The position numbers and the translations under genes were made by a program. From positions 11,130 through 75,129 of the forward strand of contig JAFGWT010000161.1 of assembly GCA_016937015.1 (NCBI GenBank): 64,000 bases of DNA. The letters are read 5' to 3'. The notes beneath the pieces are model-generated. The model was given only the letters and a program-made list of their open reading frames with translations. It was not told the origin of the DNA and searched no databases. This stretch comes from Deltaproteobacteria bacterium (GTDB lineage: Bacteria; Myxococcota_A; Polyangia; JAAYKL01). Of the stretch, positions 62,401 through 64,000 are shown piece by piece (positions within the stretch are counted from its first letter, which is position 1; each line of letters opens with the position of its first letter).

Positions 62401-64000
62401 CGCATGGTTTGCATACAGAGATGGCGAGATGGTGGGGAGCCTTTCGCCAGCGGTGACGAGAATCGTTTTTGGTGGCAGCGGTATGTTTAAGCTGATCCGG
62501 AATGACGATGCAACCTGGACCATTATTCGTCAGAATACCGTGGTGGAATCGGGTAGTGGCGAATTTGATGCCGTGGCTGATGTAACACCCAATGGCGTGA
62601 TGATAGAGACAACACGGGGAATTGGGACGCCGGGAGGGGATACCATCTGGTTTGAAGGCGCGGACGGTACACTTCTACCGGTCGCACCCATCTGGCGAAG
62701 CAGTGGCACAGCCTGGTTTATTGAGCGCAGTGTGATACCCGACAGTATCATTCGTGCCGTTTATATTGATCGGTCCGGGGTGACTGAGACGGTTGAGTTG
62801 ACGACAGATGACGCGCCGGATGCAACTGTTGCTGCATCTTTCCCGAATATCAATAGTGCAGTGACCCGCGGCGGGTTCGCTCCTGTTGTAATGACCTGGT
62901 CAAATGATTCAATTGCGGACGGGCTTGATGTGTACGTTGCGGGCAATGGACCAATAGGCATGTATCAGGGAACTGGCATGGTGTCATCGGGGTGGATGCC
63001 TGTTTCGAACTCCGAGACCATGACCTTTGAATACAGTTCATTGGCAACGACCATTCAGTTTGATGTTCCGCTTGTTGAAAATGCACCAGATGGTGGATAC
63101 GTGCAGATTTCCTCACCATCAAACAACGAGACGTTTGGCGAACGCAGTCCTTTGACTGTTTCGTATGCGGTGCCGGAACAAATGAACGGAGAGTTGTTGG
63201 AATATGCGGAAATTGTACTGGCAACGATAAATGGCGTGCGTGTGGATCGCAGACTGGTATCGCAGCGGATTGGCAGCGCAACAGTCGTTTTGCCGGAGCT
63301 GGATAGCTGGCAAAATCTGAATGTGACTGTGCGCGGATATTATGGTCTAACGTACCAGTATCTGACGTCCGACCCGGTGACCATTAAAGTTGTGCCGGTT
63401 TTGTCAGTGCCCGAACCCAAACTGTATACCACGTCGACCCGTTTGATGCGAGGTTCAATGTTTGAGGCATGGGTGGAAACGACCGCACCGGGCGCTGTAT
63501 TGGCCAACGTCAGTACCGTGAATCAAAATGGAGAACTTATCGCATCGGGAACAGACTCTGTGTCTTTTAATGTCCCAAACAATGCGACAAAGCTGGTCAC
63601 AACAGCCACAGTTTCTGATGGGTTGGGTAATGAACGATTTGTTTCTTCTGAGACCGCAGTTGTGTCGGCCATTCCCATGGCGGTTTCGACAGAGCGGTTG
63701 CCGTTTGAGGCTGCGTTGACCCGCGTTGATGGGACGATGTTTGCGTTGGACAACAGCGTGTATCTGCGGGACGCGGAAGCCAAAACAGAAAAACTGGCCA
63801 CGGTTGGCGGTCCCATTACCGCTATGGATGATTATGGCGATAAACTGATTGTGGCAGTGGCGCAACAGGGCCTGCTGGTGCTTGATCCGTCCAGAGAGTA
63901 TCAGGTGGTCGGAAATGCTGCGATAACTGGCACGGTCAGCACAATACTGGTGCAGAGTAACACAATGATTGCGGTGGTGGATGGTACGCTGGCGAAGTTC
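50681..64000 (+). CDS. Giant secreted/cell-surface repeat protein, part B (at least 4,440 codons, no stop within the window; probably the continuation of part A)
   Basis: In a manual codon-by-codon read of frame +2 from ATG 50681 to base 64000 (last codon TTC at 63998-64000) I found no stop. The domain content continues the same super-repeats, followed by further Ig-like modules (e.g. RIVAPADDAAIPLDREVDVAIQSFDQYGVDDVSVAMNGG ~60715, RILSPENGDVLRERQTIELSVEL ~60990). ATG 50681 may not be a genuine start. Confidence 0.85.

Noticed and set aside
36223-63865. All track ORFs between 36.2 and 64 kb, e.g. 38105..38782 (-, 225 aa), 53750..54418 (-, 222 aa), 60870..61493 (-, 207 aa), 41671..42111 (-), 55073..55552 (-), and the plus-strand frame +3/+1 entries.
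   Set aside because: Every one lies inside the continuous frame +2 giant coding region. They are short, low in complexity or odd in composition (R/C/H/P-rich), lack motifs, and many are simply the antisense register of the real frame. They are shadow ORFs.

Overview
The window comes from a diderm (Gram-negative-type) bacterium and falls into four blocks.

(1) 1-22.8 kb is a Wzx/Wzy-type exopolysaccharide (EPS) locus. It holds a CE4 deacetylase fragment, an acyltransferase-3, a GT4, three GT2s (one fused to a CysE-like acetyltransferase), a Wzy-like polymerase and a Wzx flippase. It also holds a short Wza/OPX coupled to a putative beta-barrel, a kinase-less PCP, a GT-C-like membrane protein, a GH44 lipoprotein and two paralogous small membrane proteins.

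(2) 22.9-33.6 kb holds AsnB, a stand-alone ACP, a Cys-less AsnB/beta-lactam-synthetase-like enzyme and two divergent single-module C-A-T NRPSs. I read the A-domain codes as Ser and Gly. No TE domain is present.

(3) 33.7-35.9 kb holds decayed genes: a 5'-truncated, multiply frameshifted GH62-like gene with a D/T/G-rich linker, and a split hypothetical gene.

(4) 36.25-64.0 kb is the main result: a giant frame +2 coding region that is absent from the supplied ORF track. ATG 36254 runs 4,792 codons without a stop to TGA 50630. The same frame reopens at 50681 and is still open at base 64000 (at least 4,440 more codons). Between the two pieces, a 41-codon LVIVD repeat is readable only in frame +1. 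This therefore looks like one surface-protein gene of at least 9,249 codons carrying two compensating 1-nt indels, or a local assembly error. The product has a signal peptide, about 20 Ig-like modules, then seven roughly 2-kb super-repeats of [LVIVD propeller]-[Big_5-like Ig]-[2 x IPT/TIG], followed by more Ig-like modules.

All short ORFs listed in the track for 36.2-64 kb are shadow ORFs of this gene. I recognised no rRNA, tRNA, CRISPR array, transposase or integrase.
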